Of a DNA stretch of 64,000 bases, positions 36,155-45,221 are shown one piece after another. Within the stretch, counting starts at the first letter, position 1, and each line of letters begins with the position of its first letter. The stretch spans positions 64,001-128,000 of the forward strand of contig CAWGVS010000003.1 in NCBI GenBank assembly GCA_963826115.1, given 5' to 3'. Both the position numbers and the translations under genes were made by a program. The DNA is from an uncultured Candidatus Rokubacteria bacterium. GTDB taxonomy: Bacteria > Methylomirabilota > Methylomirabilia > Rokubacteriales > DASRDR01. Below the pieces are notes generated by a model. It did no database searches. It saw only the letters and a list, made by a program, of their open reading frames with translations, and was not told where the DNA came from.

Positions 36155-36982
36155 ATGAGCCAGAGCCCGGCCGATGACCTGTTCGCCTTCGCGCGGTTCC
36201 ACGCCCGTCCCGCCCACGAGGCCGCGGTGGCCGACGCGCTGCTCGACGTCGTCGGCCCTACCGGAGAGGAGCCCGGGTGCCTCGGCGTCCACGCGTACCG
36301 GTCTGCCCGCGACCCGCGACTCTTCTACATCCACTCCCGCTGGAGGGACGAGCCGGCGTTCGAGCGGCACGCCGTCCTGCCGCACACGGTCCGCTTCCTG
36401 GAGCGCGTGGGGCTCCTGATCGACCACCCCCTCGACGTCGCGCGCACGCGACGGCTCGACAGGCCGGAGCTGGAATCCGCGCCCGCACTGCGCGGCCGGC
36501 CGGCGCGCGACGGCGCCCGCGACTTCGACTTCCTGGTCGGCCGGTGGCACATCCGCCACGAGCGGCTGCCGGAGCGCCTCCAGGGCTGCACGAAATGGGA
36601 GACGTTCGATGCCACCGGGGAGGCGCACCCGCTGCCCGGCGGCCTCGGCAACACGGACCACTTCCGCACGGACCACTGGCCGGGCTTCGTGGGGATGTCC
36701 GTCCGGCTCTACGACCCCCGAACGCGGCTGTGGAGCATCTACTGGGCCAGCACCCGAACCGGGTCGTTCGAGCCGCCCGTCGTCGGGTCGTTCGCCGACA
36801 GCGTGGGCGTGTTCGAGGGTCGCGACATCCTCGATGGCCGGCCCATCCTCGTCCGCTTCGTCTGGTCGCGTATCACCGCGACCGGGGCACGCTGGGAGCA
36901 GGACTTCTCGCCGGACGAGGGACACACCTGGGAGAAGAACTGGATCATGACCTTCACGCGGGCGGAGCCCGAGGCGTCGTGA
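36155..36982 (+). CDS. ABM-monooxygenase domain fused to a DUF1579-like beta-barrel
   Basis: N-terminal EEPGCLGVHAYRSARDPRLFYIHSRW...FERHAVLPHT. C-terminal DFDFLVGRW, LYDPRTRLWSIYW and WEQDFSPDEGHTWEKNW. Confidence 0.8.
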   Translation: MSQSPADDLFAFARFHARPAHEAAVADALLDVVGPTGEEPGCLGVHAYRSARDPRLFYIHSRWRDEPAFERHAVLPHTVRFLERVGLLIDHPLDVARTRRLDRPELESAPALRGRPARDGARDFDFLVGRWHIRHERLPERLQGCTKWETFDATGEAHPLPGGLGNTDHFRTDHWPGFVGMSVRLYDPRTRLWSIYWASTRTGSFEPPVVGSFADSVGVFEGRDILDGRPILVRFVWSRITATGARWEQDFSPDEGHTWEKNWIMTFTRAEPEAS

Positions 36983-37731
36983 TGCGACCGGCGATCCGCG
37001 TGCTCGAGCTGCGCAACTATCTTCTCCAGCCTGGCCGGACGCACGATTTCCTCCGGTACTTCGAGGAGCACTTCCTGCGGTCCCAGCGGGACGAGGGCAT
37101 GCACGTGCTGGGTCAGTTCGAGCTCGATGGCGAGCCGGACCGCTTCGTCTGGATCCGCGGCTTCGAGGACATGCCGACACGACTCCGCGGGCTGACCGAC
37201 TTCTACGGCGGCGCGTTCTGGCAGGCGCGCCGTGACGCGACGAACGCGATGCTGCTCGACCACGAGAACGTGCACCTGCTCCGGCCGCTCGGGCCCGTCG
37301 ACGCGCTCACCGGCGGCGAGGAACTCGAGGACCGGGCCGCGGCACCCCTCGCGACGACGCCCCCCGAGGCCGGCCTGGTGGTCGTCGACTTCTACCGCGT
37401 CGACCCCGCGGATCTCGGGGAGGCGGTCGCGCTCTTCGAGCGGCGCGGCCGCGCGGCGCTCGACGAACAGGGGCACGCCGTGCTCGCGCACCTCGTCGGC
37501 GAGGCCGCGCCGAACGACTACCCGCGGCTCCGGGTCATCCAGGATCCCGGGCTCGTCGTGGTCGTCTCCGCCTATCGCGACGCGGCGCACTGCGCCGAGG
37601 CGCGGCGCGACTGGGACGCCCGCGGTCCGCGCTCCGACGCTCCGCTGCGGCCGCTGCTGACGGGAGCGCTGACGACGCTTCGCCTGCGGCCGACCGCCCG
37701 GTCACTCATCCGCTACCGGGGCGCCGTCTAG
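36982..37731 (+). CDS. NIPSNAP family protein
   Basis: VLELRNYLLQPG...F...GMHVLGQF...PDRFVWIRGFEDM...FYGG...NAMLLDHENVHLLRP. Confidence 0.85.
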   Translation: MRPAIRVLELRNYLLQPGRTHDFLRYFEEHFLRSQRDEGMHVLGQFELDGEPDRFVWIRGFEDMPTRLRGLTDFYGGAFWQARRDATNAMLLDHENVHLLRPLGPVDALTGGEELEDRAAAPLATTPPEAGLVVVDFYRVDPADLGEAVALFERRGRAALDEQGHAVLAHLVGEAAPNDYPRLRVIQDPGLVVVVSAYRDAAHCAEARRDWDARGPRSDAPLRPLLTGALTTLRLRPTARSLIRYRGAV

Positions 37732-38747
37732 CGGAGGACGCGAAGCGCACCACCGTCGGGGAGGAAGCCCGAGCCGACCACGAGGCGGCGGCCACCAGAC
37801 TGGTCCGCCTCGAGGTGGCCGGTCACGACGACGCGCTCGCCCGGCTCCGCCGCGTTGCAGTAGAGGCCCTCGAAGCTCACGACCTCGTCAAGCGGGCCCG
37901 GCGGCCCTTCGAGCCACCGCACGTCCGCAACCCGGTACACCGCGGGAAGGAACATCGCCTCGCCGGCATCGATCACACGCGCCTCGACCACCGCGCGCCC
38001 CAGCGGAGCGTAGCGCCGGTCGCCGTAGCCCTCGCGGATCTCCTCGTCGGTCCGGGTCGGGTGGAGCGACACGTAGCGCCCGCGGAAGAGCCGGTAGTGC
38101 CAGCGTCGGGCGTCGAGGTCCAACGTCGCGTCCGGGGCGAGCCCGAAGCGCGCGGCGGTCTCCTCGCGCCACGCGGCCCGCCGCGCGGCGGGCAGTGGCA
38201 CGAGCCCCTCGCCCGCGAGCCCGTCGATCACCGCCCTGAGTCGCCGCGCGTGCTCCGCCCCGTAGATCAGGAGGTCGATGTCGGAGAACGCCGGATCGTG
38301 GAGACCGAGGAGGATCGACCCCGAAATGCCGAGCGCGTCCAGGGGTACGCCGGCCGAGCCGGCCAGGAGCGTCGCGAGGTCGCGGGTCTCGCGCTCGAGC
38401 GCGTCCGCCGGCATCGCCACGATCTCCGCCAGCCGGTGCTCGGGCACGTAGTAGCGGGCCACCGCGTCGCGAGGAACGTGGGAGAACCGGAGGCCCGTGG
38501 CCGGGTCGGTCCACAGGTACCGCGGGTGCGCGGCCTCGAGCCATTCGAGGGTTCGGCGCACGTGGCGGACGTGATAGTAGGGCAACTCCCGCTGGTACGC
38601 GACCTCGCCGCGCGCCCACTTACCGGCGGCGGCCGGCGTGTACTTGAGGTACGCGACGAACCGGTCCGGTGGATGGACGTAGCCCACCACGCAGAAGAGG
38701 AGCCCCTCCGGCGTCTCGACGAAGTCCCGGTCCCTCGGGCGCCGCAT
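37728..38747 (-). CDS. Predicted nucleotidyltransferase (COG1665-like, mostly archaeal family)
   Basis: RDRDFVET...FCVVGYVHPPDRFVAYLKY and the NTase signature GISGSILLGL...SDIDLLIYG. OB-like C-terminus (VSFEGLY...GE...G.LE). Confidence 0.78.
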   Translation of the reverse strand: MRRPRDRDFVETPEGLLFCVVGYVHPPDRFVAYLKYTPAAAGKWARGEVAYQRELPYYHVRHVRRTLEWLEAAHPRYLWTDPATGLRFSHVPRDAVARYYVPEHRLAEIVAMPADALERETRDLATLLAGSAGVPLDALGISGSILLGLHDPAFSDIDLLIYGAEHARRLRAVIDGLAGEGLVPLPAARRAAWREETAARFGLAPDATLDLDARRWHYRLFRGRYVSLHPTRTDEEIREGYGDRRYAPLGRAVVEARVIDAGEAMFLPAVYRVADVRWLEGPPGPLDEVVSFEGLYCNAAEPGERVVVTGHLEADQSGGRRLVVGSGFLPDGGALRVLR

Positions 38748-38914
38748 CCTCCGGATGCTACCGCCCGCGCCGAGACACCGCCACGGGTGCGACGCCGCGT
38801 CGCCCGGCGCTCGCGCGATGGCCCGCCCGCCGTTTGCGCTACACTCTGCCCCTGTGCGCGTGATCCCGCCCGCTCGTCGTTTCCGCTTCCATCGCGCGGC
38901 GCTCCAGCGCTCCG

Positions 38915-39838
38915 ATGGCTGAGACGGCCGGGGCGTCCCCCGGCCAGGCGGTCGACGCGGCTCGAGCGGGCCGCACCCGCGGGTTCGCCCTCGCCCTCAG
39001 CGCGACGGTCTTCTGGAGCCTCGCCGGGCTCCTGATCCGCCTCATCGGAGAGGCCACGAGCTGGCACATCATCCTGTACCGCTCGATCGGCGCCGCGATC
39101 ATGGTGGCCACCATGATCGCCGTCGTCCATCGCGGGCGCGTGGCCGAGGCGTTCCGGCACGCGGGCTGGCCCGCGGTCCTGGCGGGCGCATGCTCGAGCG
39201 CGTCGTCGGTGTTCTTCATCCTCGCGCTGGGCCGGATCACGGTGGCGAACGCGACGTTCATGGGCGGCATCACGCCCTTCCTCGCGGCGCTCGGGGCTCA
39301 GATCTTCCTCGGCGAGCGCGTCCCGCGCCGGGCCTGGGGAGCGATGGGCCTGGCGGCCGCGGGCGTCACGTTGATGCTTGGCGGGGGCCTGGCGCTCGGC
39401 CAGCTGTCCGGGAACCTGCTCGCGCTCTGCTCCGCCGTCGCGTTCGCCGGCCACGCGCTGTTCCTGCGCTGGAATCGCCGGAGCGACATGCTGCCGGCCG
39501 TCGTCTACGCGGGGATCCTGGGCATCCTCTTCGGGCTCCTGGCGCTCGGGGCGAGCGGCGTCTCGCCCCGGGTCACGCCCCGGGACCTCGGGCTCGCCCT
39601 CACGATGGGCGTCGTCCAGCTCGGCGGCGGGCTCGTCCTCTACACGCGCGCGTCGCGTTACCTCCCGGCGGCGGAGCTCCAGCTCGTCGCGACGGCCGAG
39701 CTGGTCCTGGCCCCGCTCTGGGTGTGGATCGGCGTCGGCGAGGCGCCGGGCGCGGCGACGCTCGCCGGCGGGACGCTCATCCTCCTCGCCATCCTGATGC
39801 AGGCGCTCGGCGCCCGCGAGCGACTCGCCGCGCGGTGA
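38915..39838 (+). CDS. DMT/EamA family transporter
   Basis: About 10 TM segments, WSLAGLLIR, TVANA, FLGERV and ELVLAPLWVWIGVGE. Confidence 0.9.
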   Translation: MAETAGASPGQAVDAARAGRTRGFALALSATVFWSLAGLLIRLIGEATSWHIILYRSIGAAIMVATMIAVVHRGRVAEAFRHAGWPAVLAGACSSASSVFFILALGRITVANATFMGGITPFLAALGAQIFLGERVPRRAWGAMGLAAAGVTLMLGGGLALGQLSGNLLALCSAVAFAGHALFLRWNRRSDMLPAVVYAGILGILFGLLALGASGVSPRVTPRDLGLALTMGVVQLGGGLVLYTRASRYLPAAELQLVATAELVLAPLWVWIGVGEAPGAATLAGGTLILLAILMQALGARERLAAR

Positions 39839-39884
39839 GTCGGGCCCGCGAGCGTCTCCCCGCGGGCCGGCTCGCGCGCCGGCG

Positions 39885-41294
39885 TCAGCGAGCCCGCCGC
39901 CGGAACGACCGCGACCGCAGCCTTCGCTGAAAGCGCAGGGTCCGGTCGGTCAGGCTCCCCTTCCGGATCCGCAGGCCCCGGCGGTCGAGCTCGCCCACCG
40001 GCTCGCCCAGCGCGACCTCGAGGCCGGCCGACTTCACCAGTCCGAGCCGCTGACTCGCGTAGACGCTCCGGTGCCCGACCATCAGGAAGGCCGCGCCGGC
40101 GCAGAGGGCCGCATACACGCCGATGGGCCCGGGCAGAAGCTCCATGCCCATCACGGCGGCCGCGATCGGCGTGTTGGTCGCCGCGGCGAGGACGGCGACG
40201 AATCCGAGCGCCGCGAACAGGCCGACGGGCAGGTGCAGGAGGTGCGCGAACACCGCTCCGCTCGTGGAGCCGATGAAGAAGATCGGGGTGACGATCCCGC
40301 CACTCCCTCCAACTCCCAGGGTCAGCGCGGCCGCGCCGATCTTCACGAGCGGGGCGGTCGCGTCGATCTCTGCCGCCTTCCCCATGAGGGCCGCCTCGAT
40401 CGTCGGCGTCCCGAGGCCAGCATAAGCGTCGCCGACCAGCCGGAACAGCACGGTCAGCGCGAAGCCGCCGAGGATCGCGATCCGGTACGGGTGCGCCGCG
40501 GCCAGCGGTCGGAGGCTCCGGTCGAGCATGCGCATCGCCTCGATCAGGAGGAGCGCGACGAGCCCCGCAATCGCGCCGAAGCCGATGGACAGCGCCACGA
40601 GATCGGTTCGGCCCAGCCCGCCCAGGTCCTGGTGGAGCGCGGGCACCGGCGGCGTCACCCCGCTCACGAGGTGCGCGATGATGCCGGCAACCAGGCAGGG
40701 AAACAGCACCGGATACTCGATGCGGCCAAGGTAGAGCACCTCGATCCCGAAGAGCGCGCCCGACACGGGCGTGCCGAACACCGCGGCGAATCCCGCCCCG
40801 ATGCCGCAGATCACCAGGCGGCGGCGGTCCTCGTCCGAGAGACGAAGGCGGTCCGCGAAGAAGCTCGTGATGGCCGCGCCGATCTGCGCGCACGGGCCCT
40901 CCTTGCCGACCGAGCCGCCGAACGCCAGCGTCAGGATCGTGGCGAGGAGCTTGACGGGGGCCACCCGCCAGTCGATGCGTCCCGACTGCTGGTGCACGGC
41001 GGCGATGACGGCCTCGGTCCCGTGGCCCCGGGCGCTCGGCGCGAATCGACGCGTGAGCCAGACGCTGACGGGCAGCGCGAGAACGAGAAAGTCGTGGAAC
41101 CGAAGGCCGCGGGGCGTCAGCCACGTCGCCACCCTCGTCGAGAAGGCCAGCGCCGACAGGAATGCCCGCGTCCCCAGCCCGACGCACACCCCCGCGACGA
41201 CGCCCAGCAGGGCCCACTTGAGAGTGGTGATGGCGAGCGCGGTGTGCTCCGTGTACCAGCGAATCTCCTCGTCGGACGAAGTGGCGGCGGCCAT
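39885..41294 (-). CDS. ClC-family chloride channel/antiporter
   Basis: ATG 41294. GHGTEAVI, GGSVGKEGP, GFAAVFGTPVSGALFGIE, GGSGGIVTPIF and NTPIAA. Confidence 0.93.
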   Translation of the reverse strand: MAAATSSDEEIRWYTEHTALAITTLKWALLGVVAGVCVGLGTRAFLSALAFSTRVATWLTPRGLRFHDFLVLALPVSVWLTRRFAPSARGHGTEAVIAAVHQQSGRIDWRVAPVKLLATILTLAFGGSVGKEGPCAQIGAAITSFFADRLRLSDEDRRRLVICGIGAGFAAVFGTPVSGALFGIEVLYLGRIEYPVLFPCLVAGIIAHLVSGVTPPVPALHQDLGGLGRTDLVALSIGFGAIAGLVALLLIEAMRMLDRSLRPLAAAHPYRIAILGGFALTVLFRLVGDAYAGLGTPTIEAALMGKAAEIDATAPLVKIGAAALTLGVGGSGGIVTPIFFIGSTSGAVFAHLLHLPVGLFAALGFVAVLAAATNTPIAAAVMGMELLPGPIGVYAALCAGAAFLMVGHRSVYASQRLGLVKSAGLEVALGEPVGELDRRGLRIRKGSLTDRTLRFQRRLRSRSFRRRAR

Positions 41295-41314
41295 CTCCCG
41301 CAGTGTACGCCCCG

Positions 41315-42199
41315 TCAGGGGGCGCGGCTCCGCGCGAGCGCCGCGGCCCGCTCGCGGAGCGCCGGCGCGCCGAGCCGGGTTGCCCAGTCCCCGAGCTCGC
41401 GGCCAGGACCGCGCCAGCGGAGCCCGTCGACGTCGGCGCCGACCGGCGCATCCAGGCGCAGCGTGGCCAGCGCGCGGAACAACAGGGCGCGAGCCCGCTC
41501 GGCGGCGAGCGTGGCGGCGAGACGCGCCGCGCCGCGCACCGTCACATCCCACGCCGCGGCCTGGTCCGGGATCGCCTCGATGTGCCGGTACCGGGCGAGC
41601 ACCGTCGCCGCCGAGCGGGCGCCCCAGCCCGGCAGCCCGGGATAGCCGTCGGCGGCGTCGCCAACCAGCGCCAGCCAGTCGGGAATCGACGCGGGCGGCA
41701 CGCCGAACTTCCGCTCGACGCCCCCCTCGTCGCGCACCTCGCGCGTCCGCCGGTCCAGCTGGACGACCCGGTCCCCCCGCACGCACTGAGCCAGGTCCTT
41801 GTCCGGCGTGCAGACCACAACCTGCGTGACGCGCGGATCGGCCGCGGCCATCGCGGCGGCCGCGGCAAGCGCGTCGTCGGCCTCGAACTCGACCATCGGC
41901 CAGACCACGACGCCGAGCGCACGGAGCGCGTCCTCCAGCGGCTCGAACTGGGCGCGGAGCACCGGGTCCACTCCCTCGCCGGTCTTGTAGCCCGGCCAGA
42001 GGGCGTTGCGGAAGGACTCGATCACGTGGTCCGTGGCAACCCCGAGGTGTGTCGCGCCGCCCTCGAGCATCCCGAGCACCGACCCGACGACGCCGCGGAC
42101 GCCTCGGAGGCCTTCCGGAGCGGAGCGGTCGAAGGACGCCGCGGGCGAGAGGAAATAGCGGAAGAGCTCGTACGTCCCGTCGACGAGGTGGACGATCAC
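41315..42199 (-). CDS. 5'-3' exonuclease / flap endonuclease (stand-alone PolI N-terminal type)
   Basis: VHLVDGTYELFRYF, SFRNALWPGYK, FEADDALA, TPDKDLAQ and ALVGDAADGYPGLPGWG. Confidence 0.92.
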   Translation of the reverse strand: MIVHLVDGTYELFRYFLSPAASFDRSAPEGLRGVRGVVGSVLGMLEGGATHLGVATDHVIESFRNALWPGYKTGEGVDPVLRAQFEPLEDALRALGVVVWPMVEFEADDALAAAAAMAAADPRVTQVVVCTPDKDLAQCVRGDRVVQLDRRTREVRDEGGVERKFGVPPASIPDWLALVGDAADGYPGLPGWGARSAATVLARYRHIEAIPDQAAAWDVTVRGAARLAATLAAERARALLFRALATLRLDAPVGADVDGLRWRGPGRELGDWATRLGAPALRERAAALARSRAP

Positions 42200-42216
42200 G
42201 GAGCCGGCGTTTACCC

Positions 42217-42663
42217 CTAGGACGCGGACCGCATGAGCTGCAGGGTGCACGAGCGCGGGATCGAGCCGCTCTCCGTCCGGAGCTTCCACCGCTGGCTGCC
42301 CGTCAGCCGCGCCACGCTCTCCTCGATCCGCCCGCGGTACTCCGCCTCGTAGCTGTAGTTGGGCGTGTTCACCTTGGTCGTGAGCACGACGTCACCGTTC
42401 GCCGCCACGGGCCCTTCGCCGCGCTCGAACATCCCGCTGGGTCCCCCGTTCGGATGCTGGATCTCCCGCTCGTAGCGCGCGCGCCCGTCGGCCACGGCCA
42501 TCGTCACCTTCGTCCGCAGCGGGCGGAGCCTCGGCAGGGCCTCGCACTCGATCGTCCCGACGAAGGTCCCGGTCCCGACCTGTGCGACCGACGCGGTGGT
42601 GACAAGCGCCGCGGCAAGGAGGACGACCCCCGCGGCGCGCGACGCACCCGGGCGAGCCGTCAT
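42217..42663 (-). CDS. Hypothetical exported protein
   Basis: Signal peptide MTARPGASRAAGVVLLAAALVTTASVA. Beta-rich mature part with two Cys. Overlaps the stop of the upstream gene. Confidence 0.7.
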   Translation of the reverse strand: MTARPGASRAAGVVLLAAALVTTASVAQVGTGTFVGTIECEALPRLRPLRTKVTMAVADGRARYEREIQHPNGGPSGMFERGEGPVAANGDVVLTTKVNTPNYSYEAEYRGRIEESVARLTGSQRWKLRTESGSIPRSCTLQLMRSAS

Positions 42664-43004
42664 CGAGACCGCCCTGACGGCCCCGCGTGAGGCTTCCCCC
42701 AGTACAGGGGCGCGGCCGGGAAGACGGGCCGGCACCTGATGGCCTCGGTCGGCCCGTCGAGGGTGTCGGCCACCGCCCGCCACACGGCGTAGTGGGGCGT
42801 GGCCCGGTGCGCCTCCAGCGCCTCCGGTCCGGTGTACACCTCGTAGAAGTAGTACACGTTCGCGTCCTGCTCGTCCTGGAGCACGTTGAACCGCAGGCAG
42901 CCGGGTTCGTCCCGCTCCGAGCCGAGCGCGTCGGTCTCGATCGCGTCCAGGAACCGCTGCCGGAGCTCCGGCTTGATCCGCACCTTCACCCAAATCGCGA
43001 GCAT
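42660..43004 (-). CDS. Putative quinol monooxygenase (ABM/LsrG-like)
   Basis: DEPGCLRFNVLQD...YFYEVY...AHRATPHY. Confidence 0.9.
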   Translation of the reverse strand: MLAIWVKVRIKPELRQRFLDAIETDALGSERDEPGCLRFNVLQDEQDANVYYFYEVYTGPEALEAHRATPHYAVWRAVADTLDGPTEAIRCRPVFPAAPLYWGKPHAGPSGRSR

Positions 43005-43202
43005 GCGTCCCCCTTCGTGCGATCGAGACCCGGTCGTCCCGGGACCCCGTCAGGTCCGGCAAACGCGGTGATTTTGCACTATTATGCATGGGACGGCTCT
43101 CGCGTTCAGGCGGTGCCCACCGCCATACCGGCGTTGCCAGGCTGAGAGGGGTTCTCACCGGTCGGCGTCCTGGAAACACTCCGAGAGTCAAGGAGGCTCG
43201 TC

Positions 43203-43862
43203 ATGTCGTTGCGGATCAACAGCGAGGCCCCGAACTTCACCGCCGAGACCACCCAGGGCCCGATCCACTTCCACGACTGGATCGGCGCCGGGTGGGCCAT
43301 CCTCTTCTCCCACCCGAAGGACTTCACTCCGGTGTGCACGACCGAGCTCGGCTACATGGCGCGCCTCAAGCCGGAGTTCGACAAGCGGAACACCAAGGTC
43401 ATCGGGCTGAGCGTCGACCCGGTCGCAGACCACCTGCGGTGGTCGAAGGACATCGAGGAGACCGGCGGCTATCCCGTCACCTACCCGATGATCGGGGACC
43501 CCGAGCTCAAGATCGCCAAGACCTACGACATGCTGCCCGCCGAGTCGGGCAGCACCTCGCAGGGCCGCACGGCCGCCGACAACGCCACGGTCCGGTCGGT
43601 GTTCGTCATCGGCCCCGACAAGAAGGTCAAGGCGATGCTGACCTATCCGATGAGCACCGGCCGCAACTTCGACGAGGTGCTGCGGCTCCTCGACTCCTGC
43701 CAGCTGACGGCCAAGCACAAGGTCGCGACGCCGGTGAACTGGCGGCAGGGCGACGACGTCATCATCGTGCCGGCCGTCTCCGACGCGGAGGCCAAGGAGA
43801 AGTTCCCCGGCGGCTGGAAGTCGCCCAAGCCGTACCTCCGCATCGTCCCGCAGCCCCGGTAG
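43203..43862 (+). CDS. 1-Cys peroxiredoxin (Prx6)
   Basis: FSHPKDFTPVCTTELG, YPMSTGRNFDEVLR and ATPVNW. Confidence 0.96.
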   Translation: MSLRINSEAPNFTAETTQGPIHFHDWIGAGWAILFSHPKDFTPVCTTELGYMARLKPEFDKRNTKVIGLSVDPVADHLRWSKDIEETGGYPVTYPMIGDPELKIAKTYDMLPAESGSTSQGRTAADNATVRSVFVIGPDKKVKAMLTYPMSTGRNFDEVLRLLDSCQLTAKHKVATPVNWRQGDDVIIVPAVSDAEAKEKFPGGWKSPKPYLRIVPQPR

Positions 43863-43984
43863 CCGGACGGCCAGGCTGGCCGCCGCGCGGGTGACGGGGC
43901 TCCTGCTCCCGCTCCGCCCGGGCGGCGGGCGGCCGGGTCGAAGGCCGGACGGCCCGGTGCGAGTCCGTCGCGAGAGGCGCGCGC

Positions 43985-45103
43985 TCAGCGCCCCGGCCAG
44001 ACCCAGAGGTCCGGCCACTGGTCGTTCCCCTCGTGGTGCGTGAGGCGCACCGCGTGCTCCCAGGGAGTTCCGACCTCCCACACGAAGATCTCGTAGTCGG
44101 CGCTGTCGTGCTCGTGGCCCTCCGCGGCGGCGCCCCACACGAGCCACCGCCCGTCGCTCGAGAGCTTCGGAAAATACTCGTGGCTGTAGGCGCCCGGGAG
44201 ATCCATGAACACACGGCGATCGGCGCCGTCGGGTGACGCCGCCATGACCCTGGTGCCGCCGTTGCCGCCCGTCTCCATCCAGAGGACGCGCCGGTCGTCG
44301 GGCGCCCACGTCGGCTGGCACGCCTGCTCCCGCGTGAGGATCGAGAGCCGGCGGGTGACGAGATCGAGCACGACCGCTCCCGAGAACTGGCCCTCGAGCC
44401 CGTAAGCGCCGCCAAACCGTCCCCGGAGCCCGAACGCGAGCCGCCCGCCATCGTGCGACAGCTCGAAATCTCCGATCTCGGTGACCCCGTGAAACTCGCG
44501 CTCCCCGTCGAGGACGAGATCCTGCCGACGGGTCTTCAAGTCGAGGCGCCAGAGCTGGAAGCCCTTCTCGAACACCACCGCCGCGCCCCGGTCCGCCCAG
44601 GTCGCGTGGTATCCGCCCCGCGCCAAGACCTCCTCCCCCGTGCCGTCCGTGTTCACCAGCATCACGTCCCACGCCGCCTTCTCACGGAAGCTCACCCCTT
44701 CCCTCTGACTCCGGAGGAAGAGGACGCGTCGCCCATCCGGCGAGAGGCGCGAAAGGAAGTCGACGCGCGGGTCGCGGGTCAGCCGGCGGGACGTCTGCCG
44801 GGTCAGGTCGAGCAGGTACAGCTCGTGGTTGCCGGTCCGATTCGAGGACCAGACGACGAGCCCGTCGAGCCTCCGCCCGAGGACCGCGACCGCCTCGCGC
44901 TCGGGGCCCGTGAGAGCGCGGAGCCGCCGCCGGACGGGCACGAGCGGGGCCGTGGCCCGCATCCACTGACGCGCCGGCCAGCGGGCGGCCGCCGACAGCG
45001 GCCCAGGCAGGAGGTGGGCGACCCGGGCGAGCGCCACGTCAGCGCCGATCACAAGCGCGAGTACCAGGATCGGCACCAGCACGCGGTACCGGCCCTGCTT
45101 CAT
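43985..45103 (-). CDS. TolB-like beta-propeller (PD40 repeat) protein
   Basis: ATG 45103, N-terminal TM, WSSNRTGNHELY, LSPDGRRVLF, PTWAPDD, PKLSSDGRWL and NDQWPDL. Confidence 0.85.
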   Translation of the reverse strand: MKQGRYRVLVPILVLALVIGADVALARVAHLLPGPLSAAARWPARQWMRATAPLVPVRRRLRALTGPEREAVAVLGRRLDGLVVWSSNRTGNHELYLLDLTRQTSRRLTRDPRVDFLSRLSPDGRRVLFLRSQREGVSFREKAAWDVMLVNTDGTGEEVLARGGYHATWADRGAAVVFEKGFQLWRLDLKTRRQDLVLDGEREFHGVTEIGDFELSHDGGRLAFGLRGRFGGAYGLEGQFSGAVVLDLVTRRLSILTREQACQPTWAPDDRRVLWMETGGNGGTRVMAASPDGADRRVFMDLPGAYSHEYFPKLSSDGRWLVWGAAAEGHEHDSADYEIFVWEVGTPWEHAVRLTHHEGNDQWPDLWVWPGR

Positions 45104-45221
45104 GGCCGACGGGTCCGCAGGCGACGGGGCGCGCACCCCGCCCACAATCCGGGGCACATCCCGGCACCACGGGTCGTCCGCCGCCCCCGCGCCGGAGGAA
45201 GGGCGCGGATGTGGCCCGCGC

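Noticed and set aside
39885-41294. Possible fluoride-specific CLC-F exporter
   Set aside because: It has GKEGP and GIVTP rather than the CLC-F GREGT and GEVTP signatures, and no fluoride riboswitch is visible.
43045-43070. CCCCGTCAGGTCCGG resembles the 5' side of SRP (4.5S) RNA domain IV
   Set aside because: The essential following GAAGGAAGCAGC is absent and no long flanking helix is evident.
43109-43180. GGTGCCC...GGCTGAGAGG resembles the 5' half of a TPP riboswitch
   Set aside because: The CCTGAT...TAATGCC...GCG.AGGGA 3' half is missing, and the downstream gene is unrelated to thiamine.
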